Assembly (NCBI GenBank): GCA_965202785.1
Contig: OZ241855.1
Span: 416,001-480,000 of the forward strand
Origin: Thermodesulfobacteriota bacterium
GTDB taxonomy: Bacteria; Desulfobacterota_D; UBA1144; Nemesobacterales; Nemesobacteraceae
Reading direction: 5' to 3'
Length of the DNA stretch: 64,000 nt
Shown here: positions 18,099-28,833 of the stretch, piece by piece
Position numbering within the stretch: position 1 is the first letter of the stretch
Layout of the letters: every line of letters starts with the position of its first letter
The notes under the pieces: model-generated
Seen by the model: the letters and a program-made list of their open reading frames with translations, nothing else
What the model was told of the DNA's origin: nothing
Database searches by the model: none
Program-made: the position numbers and the translations under genes

Positions 18099-19965
18099 AA
18101 AACAAAAACGGAAGTTTTATATTGCCTCAGTTTTCATTACGGGTCTATTTGTGCTTCTGGGGTACAGGTCCTTTGAACTCCAGGTGCTCCAAAGCGAGAA
18201 GTTTTCCGCCGGGGCTAAAAAACAGCACAGCAGGATTTACAAGATGCCTCCGGTACGGGGAACCTTGTTTGACCGGAACAAGAAACCTCTGGCCACAAAC
18301 GTCTGGACAACCTCGATCTATCTGAATCCCAAGGAAGTAAAAGACCCGGACAAACTTGCACGAGCGATATCGAAACCGCTGGGTATGTCCCGCAAGAAAC
18401 TGATCGGTCTTACACGTTCTGATAAGCCCTTTGTATGGATCAAAAGAGGAGAGGATACCGGGACAGCGAAAAAGATAGAGGCCTTGGGTCTTTCGGGGGT
18501 TGGTTTCGCCGAAGAACCGAAAAGAATTTACCCCAACGGTTCCCTGCTCGGGCAGGCAATCGGATTCACCAACATAGATCTTAAGGGAGTGGAGGGTCTT
18601 GAATACGGCTTCGAGAAGATGCTTGCAGGCAAACCCGCCACGGTGAGGATCAGAACCGACGGCAGGGGAAACCGCATATCCGACGTCCTGCTGAATGCGA
18701 AAGAACAGTCTACGAAGGGAAGCGATGTGCTGCTTACCGTGGATTCCAATATACAGCACATAACGGAAACTGCGCTCGAAAAAGGCATAAAAGAAATGAA
18801 AGCGGATAGGGGAGCCGCCCTCCTGATGAATCCTCAAACTGGTGAGATACTCTCCATGGCCTCCTATCCGTTTTTCAATCCCAACCGCTTCGGCGAGTTT
18901 TCCCAGAAAACGAGGAAGAATCTCCCCGTGTGGATGTCCTTCGAGCCTGGTTCCACGCTGAAGGTATTTTTGGCGGCGACGCTGCTTGAAGAAAAAATGG
19001 GGGATGAGAATACCGAGTATGACTGTGAAAACGGAAAGCGGAGAATCGGCCCGAAAGTAATAAAAGATGTGCACGGCCACGGAATACTGACGGTTTCCGA
19101 GACCATAACGTATTCAAGCAACATATGCGCCTGGAAAATGGGGGAGACCCTGGGAAAGAAAAAACTTCACGATTCACTCAGGAATTTCGGCTTCGGGGAG
19201 ACGGTCGGAGTGGACCTTCCCGGGGAAGCCAGAGGGAGAATACAGAGTCTGAGGAACTGGGGAGATCTAGAGTTGGCGACGATATCGTTCGGACAGGGGA
19301 TATCGGTAACGGCAATCCAGCTGGCCACCTCGCTCTCGAGCATCGCAAACGGCGGATATCTGATGAAGCCTTATATAGTGAAGAAAGTAGTCTCGCCTGA
19401 AGGCAAGGTTCTCGTGCAAAGAAGGCCAGAGCTTGTTAAAAGAGTCATTTCCTATGATACGGCTTCGAAGGTCACCAGGATACTTGAACAAGTGGTGGAA
19501 AACGGAACGGGCAAAAACGCAAGTATTCCCGGCTACAGAGTCGCCGGAAAAACAGGCACGGCGCAGATGGCCAATCCGGAGACCGGCACTTATTACAAAA
19601 ACAAATACCTTTCGTCGTTTATCGGTTTCGCCCCTGCTGATGACCCGCGTCTCGCCCTCGTCGTAATCGTCGAGAACCCCAGAAAACACAACTACGGAGG
19701 TGTAGTGGCAGCTCCCATCTTCAAGTCCATAACCGAAAAAGTGCTGTTTTACATGCAAATACCTCCTCACAAGGAAAAGCTTGAAGAAATGGTCATGCCG
19801 GACATGGTGAACAAAAGCGCGAGAGCCGTCATGAAGTGGGCGGAAAAAGAGGAAGTGGCGGTCAGGTTCATAGGAAGCGGCTACGTGGTCAGCCAGCACC
19901 CACCTTCAGGGAAAAAGATAAGAAGGGGAACGGACTGCACTTTCACCCTCAAGCAGAACATATGA
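18085..19965 (+). CDS. ftsI: Penicillin-binding protein 3 (FtsI) with C-terminal PASTA-like domain
   Basis: RG.L.DRN, GLEYG, EPGSTLK (SxxK), SSN and KTGTAQ motifs. Confidence 0.95.
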   Translation: MRNSKKQKRKFYIASVFITGLFVLLGYRSFELQVLQSEKFSAGAKKQHSRIYKMPPVRGTLFDRNKKPLATNVWTTSIYLNPKEVKDPDKLARAISKPLGMSRKKLIGLTRSDKPFVWIKRGEDTGTAKKIEALGLSGVGFAEEPKRIYPNGSLLGQAIGFTNIDLKGVEGLEYGFEKMLAGKPATVRIRTDGRGNRISDVLLNAKEQSTKGSDVLLTVDSNIQHITETALEKGIKEMKADRGAALLMNPQTGEILSMASYPFFNPNRFGEFSQKTRKNLPVWMSFEPGSTLKVFLAATLLEEKMGDENTEYDCENGKRRIGPKVIKDVHGHGILTVSETITYSSNICAWKMGETLGKKKLHDSLRNFGFGETVGVDLPGEARGRIQSLRNWGDLELATISFGQGISVTAIQLATSLSSIANGGYLMKPYIVKKVVSPEGKVLVQRRPELVKRVISYDTASKVTRILEQVVENGTGKNASIPGYRVAGKTGTAQMANPETGTYYKNKYLSSFIGFAPADDPRLALVVIVENPRKHNYGGVVAAPIFKSITEKVLFYMQIPPHKEKLEEMVMPDMVNKSARAVMKWAEKEEVAVRFIGSGYVVSQHPPSGKKIRRGTDCTFTLKQNI

Positions 19966-21464
19966 GATTGGCAGATGTTCTGAGAAACGCGGGAATTGAA
20001 GCTATAACTGGATCCAAGAATCCGGGAGATACGGAAATTACGGGAATAACTCTCAACTCGCAGAGCGTGGAACCGGGGTCCCTTTTTATTGCCATCAAGG
20101 GCAAGGTCACCGACGGGCACAATTACGCCGCCTCCGCGGTAAAAAAGGGAGCGGCCGCACTTCTGCTTGAGGAGGTTTCAGCTGAAATCTCGGGTCTCGG
20201 AGTTCCCTTTGCAAAGACGAGCGACTCTAGGGCCGCAGCATCCATTGTCGCCTCCAATTTCCACGACCACCCTTCCCTTGCAATGAAGGTCGTTGGGGTG
20301 ACGGGGACAAACGGAAAAACCACGGTGTCTCACATGATAGAAGCCGGCTGGAAAGCCGATGGGATAAACACGGGTCTTCTGGGAACAATAGAAAACAGAT
20401 ACATGAGTAAAACCGAGCCTGCTTCCCTTACAACACCCGATCCCATCGCTTTTATGAGCATGCTGCGTGAAATGAGAGACGCCGGAGTGACAAACGTCAC
20501 AGTTGAGGTGTCCTCGCACGCCCTTGATCTAAAAAGGGTCGACGGATGTCACTTCGACGCGGCGATATTCACGAACCTCACCCAAGATCACTTGGACTAC
20601 CACAAGACACTTGAAGATTACTTCAGGGCTAAAGAAAGACTTTTCTCGGAAATTCTCGAGAAAAGCACGAAAAAAGAGCTGTTTTCGATAATAAACGCGG
20701 ATGATCCTTTCGCAAACAGGATATTCACCTCGAAAAAAGGGCAGAAAATAACGTTTTCCACGAAAAGAAAAGACTCAGTTGTATTCGCGGAGAATTTCAC
20801 GCTTGATTCTGGAGGCATAAAGGCCACACTGGCCACCCCGTGGGGCAAGGTGGAACTTGATTCAAAACTCATGGGTAAACACAACCTCTATAACATGATG
20901 GCGGCAGCCGGAACGCTCCTCTCTCTCGGTTCGTCCCTAGGGACGACCGGGAGAGCGCTGAGTGAACTCAGGCGCATCCCGGGAAGACTCGAGAAAATTG
21001 AAACTGCTTTGGGAATAGATGTTTTTGTGGACTATGCTCACACTCCCGACGCGCTTGAGAACGTGCTTGCGTGTCTGAAACCTTTCTGCGCGCAGAGACT
21101 CATCACTGTCGTGGGTTGCGGAGGAGACAGAGACAGGGGAAAACGCCCCCTTATGGCCGCGGTAGGACGCAGGTATTCGGACATGCTGATAGTGACTTCG
21201 GACAACCCCAGAACGGAGGATCCGGATAGGGTAATAACGGATATGACCGAGGGGATAGAACCCCAGGATCCGGGGGTAGTAGTAATAACCGACAGGGAAG
21301 AAGCCATAAAGCATGCCGTGGATAAGGCCGGACCTAGAGACACGGTCCTTATAGCGGGAAAAGGTCATGAGAACTACCAGATAATCGGCACTGAGAAAAT
21401 TCATTTTGACGACAGAGAAATCGCTGAAAAACACCTTGAAGCCAGGAACAGGAGAGAACTTTGA
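19962..21464 (+). CDS. murE: UDP-MurNAc-tripeptide synthetase (meso-DAP type)
   Basis: GTNGKTT, EVSSH, DYAHTPD and DNPR motifs. ATGA overlap with the ftsI stop. Confidence 0.96.
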   Translation: MRLADVLRNAGIEAITGSKNPGDTEITGITLNSQSVEPGSLFIAIKGKVTDGHNYAASAVKKGAAALLLEEVSAEISGLGVPFAKTSDSRAAASIVASNFHDHPSLAMKVVGVTGTNGKTTVSHMIEAGWKADGINTGLLGTIENRYMSKTEPASLTTPDPIAFMSMLREMRDAGVTNVTVEVSSHALDLKRVDGCHFDAAIFTNLTQDHLDYHKTLEDYFRAKERLFSEILEKSTKKELFSIINADDPFANRIFTSKKGQKITFSTKRKDSVVFAENFTLDSGGIKATLATPWGKVELDSKLMGKHNLYNMMAAAGTLLSLGSSLGTTGRALSELRRIPGRLEKIETALGIDVFVDYAHTPDALENVLACLKPFCAQRLITVVGCGGDRDRGKRPLMAAVGRRYSDMLIVTSDNPRTEDPDRVITDMTEGIEPQDPGVVVITDREEAIKHAVDKAGPRDTVLIAGKGHENYQIIGTEKIHFDDREIAEKHLEARNRREL

Positions 21465-22846
21465 GATTCAGCCTTGACTTTCTGCTAAATTCCACCGGAG
21501 GGAACCTCGTCGGCGGCAAGATGCCGATCGGAGCTTCGGGGGTCTCCATCGATTCCAGGAATATAGAGAAAAACCAGCTCTTCGTCGCCATAGAGGGACC
21601 CAACTTTGACGGGCACGACTACGTTGCCGAGGCCTTTGAAAAAGGTTCCGCGGGAGCAATAGTGGAAAAATACCCGCAAATACAGGACTCAAAACGCAAC
21701 TGCAACGCGATAATAAAGGTCGACTCCACGCAAAAAGCCCTCCTCGAGATGTCAAGACACTGGAGAAATTCGTTCCCCGACCTAAAAGTCGCCGCCATTA
21801 CGGGTTCGAACGGAAAAACTACAACTAAGAATATGACCCACAGCATACTGTCCGTATCAGGCAGCGTGCTCAGCACCCACGGTAACCTAAACAATCAGAT
21901 AGGTCTTCCGCTCAGCCTCCTGAAACTGGAGAAGAGCCACGATTTCTGCGTGCTCGAGATGGGAATGAACTCTTTCGGGGAGATAAGAACCCTCGCGGAT
22001 ATCGCCTCGCCCGACGTGGGGACGATTACCACGGTAGGGAAAGCTCACCTGGAGGGAATGAAGGACCTTGAAGGGGTCGCAAGGGCTAAAGGAGAACTGG
22101 TTGAAAACTTCGGAGAGGAAAACACTTTCTGCGTGAACATTGACGATCTCTGGGTGGAGAAGATAGCAGCCCGCGCGCGCTGCCGGAAGATCACGTACGG
22201 AGTCGCCTCTCCAGAGGCTTTCATAAGGGCAGACGACATCAGCCACGAGGAAATGGAGTTCATCGAATTCACGATACACATCGGCAAGCAGTCCGCCAGA
22301 GCGAGAATAAGGGGAATAGGAGCCCACAATGTTTCAAACGCTCTTTCCGCCTCCGCTCTTGCGTATTCTCTCGGATGCGGAATGAACGAGATACTGGCAG
22401 GTCTTGAGAAATACGTTCCCTCAGCCATGCGCCTTGAGGTTATCCTTACCCCTTTCGGCTTCAGAGTCATAAACGACTCGTATAACGCAAATCCCGACTC
22501 GATGCGCGCGGCGCTTGACGAACTCGTCGCTCACCGGCGCGGAAAAGCGAAGGCAGTAGCGGTTCTCGGGGACATGCTGGAACTGGGAGAAAGCAGCGAA
22601 AGAGAACACCAGATGATCGGAGAACATATCTCGAAGCTCGGTCTTGACATGGTAGTAGCCATGGGAGAATTCTCCCGCTTGCTCGTATCAGCGGTGCGGG
22701 GGCAGACGGCGTGTCACGTGGCAAAGAGCCCGCAGGAGGCGGCGGCCATGCTTCTTGACGCGTGCCGAGAGGACGACTTAGTGCTTGTAAAGGGGTCGCG
22801 GGGAATGAAGATGGAAACGGTAATACAGATGCTTTACGAAACATAA
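21461..22846 (+). CDS. murF: UDP-MurNAc-pentapeptide synthetase
   Basis: TGSNGKTTTK, NN.IG.P, NDSYNANPDSM, GDMLELG and KGSRG motifs. TTG start. Confidence 0.96.
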   Translation: MRFSLDFLLNSTGGNLVGGKMPIGASGVSIDSRNIEKNQLFVAIEGPNFDGHDYVAEAFEKGSAGAIVEKYPQIQDSKRNCNAIIKVDSTQKALLEMSRHWRNSFPDLKVAAITGSNGKTTTKNMTHSILSVSGSVLSTHGNLNNQIGLPLSLLKLEKSHDFCVLEMGMNSFGEIRTLADIASPDVGTITTVGKAHLEGMKDLEGVARAKGELVENFGEENTFCVNIDDLWVEKIAARARCRKITYGVASPEAFIRADDISHEEMEFIEFTIHIGKQSARARIRGIGAHNVSNALSASALAYSLGCGMNEILAGLEKYVPSAMRLEVILTPFGFRVINDSYNANPDSMRAALDELVAHRRGKAKAVAVLGDMLELGESSEREHQMIGEHISKLGLDMVVAMGEFSRLLVSAVRGQTACHVAKSPQEAAAMLLDACREDDLVLVKGSRGMKMETVIQMLYET

Positions 22847-22849
22847 GCC

Positions 22850-23962
22850 ATGCTCTACTTTCTGCATCTTCTAAAAGACGATTTTATTTTTCTGAATGTT
22901 TTCAAGTATATAACCTTCCGCTCTTTCGGGGCCGGGCTGACCTCGTTTGTCCTCTGCGTCCTCCTCGGGAAAAAGCTGATTGACCTGCTGAAAGCGGCGC
23001 AGTTCCACGAGACCATACGCAAAGAAGGACCCAGCAGCCACGGCGTAAAAGCCGGCACTCCGACTATGGGGGGCATATTCATCGTAATGGCCATACTGGT
23101 CTCATCCCTTCTCTGGACAAACTTCCTCGTAGACAAGGTCATGCTCGTGCTCCTGTTTACGGCAAGCTTTGCCATTCTGGGATTTTTCGACGATTTCATG
23201 AAGGTAAGGAGAGGAAAGGGCATGAGGGCAAGGGTGAAGTTTCTCTGCCAGACGCTCATAGCCGCGATTTTCGTGGTTATTCTCTGCATGAACGAAAGCG
23301 GAACCTTTTCAATGTCCATGAGAGCCGGGGAAAGCGCGGTATATTCCTCGACCTCGGTGGTGTTTCCGTTCATAAAGCAGGCAGTTGTGGATCTTGGATA
23401 TCTCTACATATTTTTCGCCCTTCTGGTCACCGTAGGTTCTTCAAACGCGGTTAATCTCACCGACGGCCTTGACGGTCTGGCCATAGGTTCAATCGTTATC
23501 GTAACCACTACCTACATAATCTTCGCCTATCTGGCCGGAAACCTGCAGTTTGCAAGCTACCTGCAGATCCCGCACGTGCAGGGAGCCGGGGAACTGGCCA
23601 TTTTTCTCGCGGCGGTCGGAGGAGCATGCCTGGGGTTTCTCTGGTACAACTCCCACCCGGCTGAGGTGTTCATGGGAGATGTGGGTTCCCTTTCGCTGGG
23701 GGCGGCTATAGGATTCAGCGCCCTGATGATAAAGCAGGAAATACTCCTGATAGTGGCAGGGGGAATATTCTTCGTGGAAACGCTTTCGGTCATAATCCAG
23801 GTGATCTCGTTTCGCTCTACAGGCAAGAGGGTTTTCAGGATGACGCCCCTTCATCATCATTTCGAGCTTGCCGGATGGGCAGAATCGAAGGTGGTGGTGC
23901 GTTTCTGGATAATATGCGTTGTTCTCTCCATTCTGGCTCTTTCAAGTCTGAAGATAAGGTGA
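22850..23962 (+). CDS. mraY: Phospho-MurNAc-pentapeptide transferase
   Basis: TPTMGG, NAVNLTDGLDGL, FMGDVGS and PLHHHFE motifs. Confidence 0.97.
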   Translation: MLYFLHLLKDDFIFLNVFKYITFRSFGAGLTSFVLCVLLGKKLIDLLKAAQFHETIRKEGPSSHGVKAGTPTMGGIFIVMAILVSSLLWTNFLVDKVMLVLLFTASFAILGFFDDFMKVRRGKGMRARVKFLCQTLIAAIFVVILCMNESGTFSMSMRAGESAVYSSTSVVFPFIKQAVVDLGYLYIFFALLVTVGSSNAVNLTDGLDGLAIGSIVIVTTTYIIFAYLAGNLQFASYLQIPHVQGAGELAIFLAAVGGACLGFLWYNSHPAEVFMGDVGSLSLGAAIGFSALMIKQEILLIVAGGIFFVETLSVIIQVISFRSTGKRVFRMTPLHHHFELAGWAESKVVVRFWIICVVLSILALSSLKIR

Positions 23963-23966
23963 TCAA

Positions 23967-25295
23967 ATGGAACTCGGCGAAAACAGATTCTTGGTCGTGG
24001 GGCTCGGGATAACCGGAGTAGAGACTTCAAAATTCCTCCGCTCCAAAGGAGCCCCGGCGAAGGCAACAGACTCGAGGGAGGCCGGGGAGCTCGGATCCGT
24101 GGTGGAAAAACTTGCGGCAGAGGGCATGGATATACGCTGCGGGACTCACGCACCCGAATTCTTCGAATGGGCCGATACGATAGTGCTGAGCCCCGGGGTA
24201 AGGTTCGATCTTCCCGAGATCAGAAACGCCCAGGCAGCAGGAAAAACGGTAATAAGCGAAATCGAGCTTGCGTGGAACTTCATATCAAAACCGGTAATAG
24301 GCATAACAGGAACAAACGGAAAGACAACGACCACGTCCCTTCTCTCGGAAATACTCGAACGAAGCGGAATGAAAATCTTTACGGGAGGAAATATAGGAAC
24401 GCCTCTTATATCGGTAGCTGAAAAAGACGACGAATACGATTTTCTGCTGCTTGAACTCAGCAGCTTCCAGCTCCAAGGAATAAAGGATTTCTCGCCCCAC
24501 GTCGCGGTGATCCTCAACATATCGCCGAACCACCTAGACCACCATTCGAGCATGGAGGAGTACGAAGCGGCTAAGCTCAGGCTTTTTGCAAACCAGAGAG
24601 AGAATGACTGGGCGGTATTCAATGCAGACGATCCGGCGGTGCTTAAGGGCTCAGACAGTTTCAGGGCGAAGAAAATATCTTTCGGAACCGGGCAGGACAA
24701 AACTGACGTCTACTGCAAAGAAGATGAGATAGTGTTCGGGGAGCTCTCCTTCCGTCTTCGGGACTCGGCACTTGTCGGAGAACATAACAAGGAAAACATA
24801 ATGGCCGCGGTGGCCGTCGCGGGAGTACTGGGCTGCGAGCGGGATCCGGTACAGAAAAGCATAAACGAATTCCGTCCGCTTCCGCACAGGATGGAGTTCG
24901 TGCTGACGATAAAGGGGGTGGATGTGTACAACGACTCAAAATCCACAACCCCTTTCGCCACTCTGAGAGCAATTGAGAGCCTGCCCTCCCCGATCATACT
25001 GGTTGCCGGAGGAAAGGACAAGGGAATCGACTACGGCTGCCTTAAGGACGCAGTGGCAAACAAGGTAAAAGCCCTGGTCCTTATAGGGGAGACAACAGAG
25101 AAAATGCGTGTCCAGCTAGGCGACCTGGCACAGACAACGTGCGCGGGTTCCCTGAAAGAGGCAACGCAAAGCGCCTTTGAACTGTCGGAGACCGGAGACA
25201 CGCTCCTGTTTTCGCCCGGGTGTTCAAGTTTTGACATGTTCAGCTCATACGAAGAAAGGGGAAATCTGTTTAAGGAGATCGTAAGAGATGTTTGA
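23967..25295 (+). CDS. murD: UDP-MurNAc-L-Ala--D-Glu ligase
   Basis: SPGV, TGTNGKTT, ELSSFQL, HLDHH, NDSKST and SFDMF motifs. Confidence 0.96.
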   Translation: MELGENRFLVVGLGITGVETSKFLRSKGAPAKATDSREAGELGSVVEKLAAEGMDIRCGTHAPEFFEWADTIVLSPGVRFDLPEIRNAQAAGKTVISEIELAWNFISKPVIGITGTNGKTTTTSLLSEILERSGMKIFTGGNIGTPLISVAEKDDEYDFLLLELSSFQLQGIKDFSPHVAVILNISPNHLDHHSSMEEYEAAKLRLFANQRENDWAVFNADDPAVLKGSDSFRAKKISFGTGQDKTDVYCKEDEIVFGELSFRLRDSALVGEHNKENIMAAVAVAGVLGCERDPVQKSINEFRPLPHRMEFVLTIKGVDVYNDSKSTTPFATLRAIESLPSPIILVAGGKDKGIDYGCLKDAVANKVKALVLIGETTEKMRVQLGDLAQTTCAGSLKEATQSAFELSETGDTLLFSPGCSSFDMFSSYEERGNLFKEIVRDV

Positions 25296-26397
25296 TTTCA
25301 AAAACAGGGATTTTGACATACTGCTCCTCGGGCTCGTCCTTATAGTGGCGGGAATCGGGGTGGTGGCCGTATACAACTCAAGTTCTATATACTCGCTTGA
25401 AACCTACAACAACTCGATGCGGTTTCTCAAATTCCACGTCATATACCTTCTCATTGGAATAACTGCCATGGTGACATTGATGCACGTGAAGCCGTCCTTT
25501 GTAAGAAAACTGGTTTACCCGGGTTACCTGCTCGGACTCGCTTTACTCATAGTCGTGCTTTTGCCTGAGATAGGAAAGGAGGTCGGCGGGGGGCGAAGAT
25601 GGATTTCGGTCTGGGGATTCTCTTTTCAGCCGTCTGAGTTCTGCAAGTACATGCTGGTCATCTACCTGGCGCACTTCCTGTTCAAGAAGGAGAACAAGAT
25701 GGACAGCTTCTGGGTCGGCATTTTTTCTCCCCTGCTTGCCGGTGGCGCCTACGTGGGACTTATTCTGGCCGGGCCGGACCTCGGAACCTCTTTCCTCGTT
25801 CTGGCAATTCTTTTCATAATGCTCTTTGTCGGAGGAGCAAAGCTCCGGTACCTGCTCAGCATCGGGATCGGGTCTGTGGGACTGCTCGCATTGGCTATCA
25901 TCAACGAGGGTTACAGAATGGAGAGAATAATGTCCTTTCTTGACCCGTGGAAAGACCCCCTAGGCTCTGGATACCAGGCTGTTCAGTCGTTCATGGCTTT
26001 TGGTCTCGGCGGATTATACGGGAGCGGGCTCGGAAACAGTTCCCAGAAGCTGCTTTTCCTTCCCCAGGCCCACACGGATTTTATCTTTTCGATAATAGGC
26101 GAGGAATTCGGATTCATAGGGGTAATAACATTAATCGTGCTTTTCATCATGATTCTGGCAAGGTGCGTAAGGATATCCATGCGGTCGGAAGATCCTTTCT
26201 CGAGATACATGGTATTCGGTTTCACGGCGCTCATAACGCTCCAGGCGGCACTTAACATGGGAGTTGCAGTAGGGCTTTTCCCCACCACGGGGCTGACGCT
26301 GCCTCTTGTAAGCTACGGAGGAAGCTCTCTTGTATCGACGCTTGCGGCGTTCGGAATCATCCTGAGCGTCTCTAGATTCAGTGCTAAGGAACAATGA
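25288..26397 (+). CDS. ftsW: SEDS peptidoglycan polymerase FtsW
   Basis: RWI, QPSEF, HTDFIF, EEFG and LP.VSYGGSS motifs. Confidence 0.96.
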   Translation: MFDFKNRDFDILLLGLVLIVAGIGVVAVYNSSSIYSLETYNNSMRFLKFHVIYLLIGITAMVTLMHVKPSFVRKLVYPGYLLGLALLIVVLLPEIGKEVGGGRRWISVWGFSFQPSEFCKYMLVIYLAHFLFKKENKMDSFWVGIFSPLLAGGAYVGLILAGPDLGTSFLVLAILFIMLFVGGAKLRYLLSIGIGSVGLLALAIINEGYRMERIMSFLDPWKDPLGSGYQAVQSFMAFGLGGLYGSGLGNSSQKLLFLPQAHTDFIFSIIGEEFGFIGVITLIVLFIMILARCVRISMRSEDPFSRYMVFGFTALITLQAALNMGVAVGLFPTTGLTLPLVSYGGSSLVSTLAAFGIILSVSRFSAKEQ

Positions 26398-27461
26398 AAG
26401 TGATAATAGCCGGAGGAGGAACAGGAGGACATGTTTTTCCCGCAATATCAATCGCGGAGGAAATACTTGAGAGAAGCAGCGGAAACGAGGTTATGTTCGT
26501 GGGCACCGAACAGGGAATCGAAAAAAGGATTCTTTCAGAGAAGGGGTACAGAGCCGAATTCATAAAATCAAGGGGGATTGTAGGGAAAAGTTTCTCCCAG
26601 AAGGTGATAGCGGTGATTTCAATACTAGGAGCGATGCTGAGTTCCCTCAGGATACTCAGAGATTTCAGGCCCGATGTAGTTATAGGAGTCGGTGGATACG
26701 CCTCTGGGCCTACCCTGCTTTGCGCCTCCATGATCTCCATCCCTACCGCCGTTTGCGAACAGAACTCCGTCCCGGGGCTTGCCAACAGAATCCTCTCGAG
26801 GTTCGTCGGCAAGATATTCATAACTTTCGAAGAAAGCAAAGAGCATCTTCCGGCGAAAAAAACCGTGCTCACCGGAAATCCCATAAGACGTGATCTCGCA
26901 CGCGGGGCTGCGGAGAAAAAACCCCGTCAAAGCGCCAAGCGAAACGTATTCGTACTCGGAGGAAGCCAGGGGGCACGGAAACTGAACGAAATCGTCCCCC
27001 AGTCACTGGCAGAGCTCGGCACTCGGGTAGACGTGACCCATCAGACCGGGGAAGCCCACATAGAAAGCGTTAGGGAAACTTACCGTCAGCTCGGCATTTC
27101 GGCCGAAGTGTTCGGATTTACAGATGACATGTCGCGGATATATGAAAAAACGGATCTCGTGATCTGCAGGGCCGGCTCCGGAACGCTGTCCGAGATAACG
27201 GCGTTCGGCATACCGTCAATACTGATCCCGCTTGCCTCCTCCACGCACGACCATCAGTTGAAAAACGCCCGGATCCTAGAGTCAAACGCGGCGGCAGCAG
27301 TAATTGAGGAAAAGGAACTTTCGGTCGAAGGTCTTTGCACGGTTATTGAGAAAACCCTTGAGCAGGGCACCCTCGGCCGCATGGCGGAAAACTCGAAAAA
27401 GCTCGCGCGGCCACACGCCGCCCGAGAAATTGTAAACGAAATCGAGCATATAATCGGATAA
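26394..27461 (+). CDS. murG: Lipid I N-acetylglucosaminyltransferase
   Basis: GGGTGGH, GGYAS, EQN, GGSQGA, HQTG and RAG motifs. Confidence 0.96.
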   Translation: MKVIIAGGGTGGHVFPAISIAEEILERSSGNEVMFVGTEQGIEKRILSEKGYRAEFIKSRGIVGKSFSQKVIAVISILGAMLSSLRILRDFRPDVVIGVGGYASGPTLLCASMISIPTAVCEQNSVPGLANRILSRFVGKIFITFEESKEHLPAKKTVLTGNPIRRDLARGAAEKKPRQSAKRNVFVLGGSQGARKLNEIVPQSLAELGTRVDVTHQTGEAHIESVRETYRQLGISAEVFGFTDDMSRIYEKTDLVICRAGSGTLSEITAFGIPSILIPLASSTHDHQLKNARILESNAAAAVIEEKELSVEGLCTVIEKTLEQGTLGRMAENSKKLARPHAAREIVNEIEHIIG

Positions 27462-27465
27462 TCGA

Positions 27466-28833
27466 ATGTACGGCAAGATAAAGAAAGTTCATTTCATCGG
27501 TATAGGCGGCATAGGGATGAGCGGCATAGCCGAAGTGCTGATCAACATGGGTCTTGAGGTAAGCGGTTCCGACCTCGCGGAAACCCAGATAACGCAACGT
27601 TTGGCTTCCCTGGGAGCCGTCGTTCACACGGGTCACAGCTCGGAGAACATCAAAGGAAGCGAGGTGGTCGTATACTCATCGGCCATCAGGAAAGACAATC
27701 CCGAGATGATCGCCGCCGCCGCTGCCAGGGTTCCCCTCATACCCAGGGCGGAAATGCTCGCAGAACTGATGAGACTCAAGTTCGGCATCGCGGTCGCCGG
27801 AAGCCACGGAAAAACCACCACGTCCTCCATGATAGCGTCGGTGCTTTCCCACTGCGGTGCCGATCCAACCATAGTGGTAGGAGGAAAACTGCGGACCATA
27901 GATTCAAACGCTCACCTTGGAACTGGCCGTTTCATGGTAGTGGAAGCCGATGAAAGCGATGGATCATTCGAAAAACTCTCTCCTGTCGTCACGGTGCTCA
28001 CAAATATCGACAAAGAGCACCTTGATTACTACGGAGACATGAAGGCCCTTGAGCTTGCCTTCTCCAACTTCCTGCACAAAATTCCCTTCTACGGACTCGC
28101 AATAACATGCACCGACTGTCCGAGAACCGCAGAGATAAGCAGGAAATTCAACAAAAAAATACTGACTTACGGAATAAACAGCCCTGCGGACCTAATGGCC
28201 GAGAACATACGCTTTTCCAAGCTGAGAACTTCGTTTGAAGTGACATACGGAGGTTACCTGCTCGGAGAGGTGGATCTCAGCACTCTGGGAGCCCATAACG
28301 CTCTAAATTCCCTGGCCGCAATAGCCGTGGGAATGGAGTTCGGTTTCAGCTTCGAGAAGATAAAAGAGGGTCTTGCCGCCTTTGAGGGTACGGAAAGAAG
28401 ACTGCAGTTGAAAAGTGAGAGAAAAGGTGTAAGAATAATAGACGATTACGGGCATCACCCGAGTGAGCTGGAAGTCACCATAGAAGCTCTTAAAGCCGCA
28501 TTTTCCCAAGAACCGATTCTTCTCTTCCAGCCCCACAGATTTTCTAGGACAAAGCTTCTTTACAACGATTTCGTCAGGGTTTTAGGAAAAATAAAACACC
28601 TATACATTCTTGATATATATCCCGCCGGGGAAAAACCGGTAAAGGGAATAACTTCAGAAAAGCTGGTTGAAGACATAAAGAAGGCAGGCAATGCGAACGC
28701 ACGTCACGTGGATGACCCCGACGCTTTCGTGGACCGCATGGCAAACGAGCTCAAAAAAGGGGACATCCTGCTTACCTCGGGCGCCGGAAACGTCTGGAAG
28801 TACGGGGACAGGATCGCAGAACGGATCGTATGA
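27466..28833 (+). CDS. murC: UDP-MurNAc--L-Ala ligase
   Basis: GIGGIGMSG, GSHGKTTT, EADESD, DDYGHHP and QPHR motifs. Confidence 0.97.
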   Translation: MYGKIKKVHFIGIGGIGMSGIAEVLINMGLEVSGSDLAETQITQRLASLGAVVHTGHSSENIKGSEVVVYSSAIRKDNPEMIAAAAARVPLIPRAEMLAELMRLKFGIAVAGSHGKTTTSSMIASVLSHCGADPTIVVGGKLRTIDSNAHLGTGRFMVVEADESDGSFEKLSPVVTVLTNIDKEHLDYYGDMKALELAFSNFLHKIPFYGLAITCTDCPRTAEISRKFNKKILTYGINSPADLMAENIRFSKLRTSFEVTYGGYLLGEVDLSTLGAHNALNSLAAIAVGMEFGFSFEKIKEGLAAFEGTERRLQLKSERKGVRIIDDYGHHPSELEVTIEALKAAFSQEPILLFQPHRFSRTKLLYNDFVRVLGKIKHLYILDIYPAGEKPVKGITSEKLVEDIKKAGNANARHVDDPDAFVDRMANELKKGDILLTSGAGNVWKYGDRIAERIV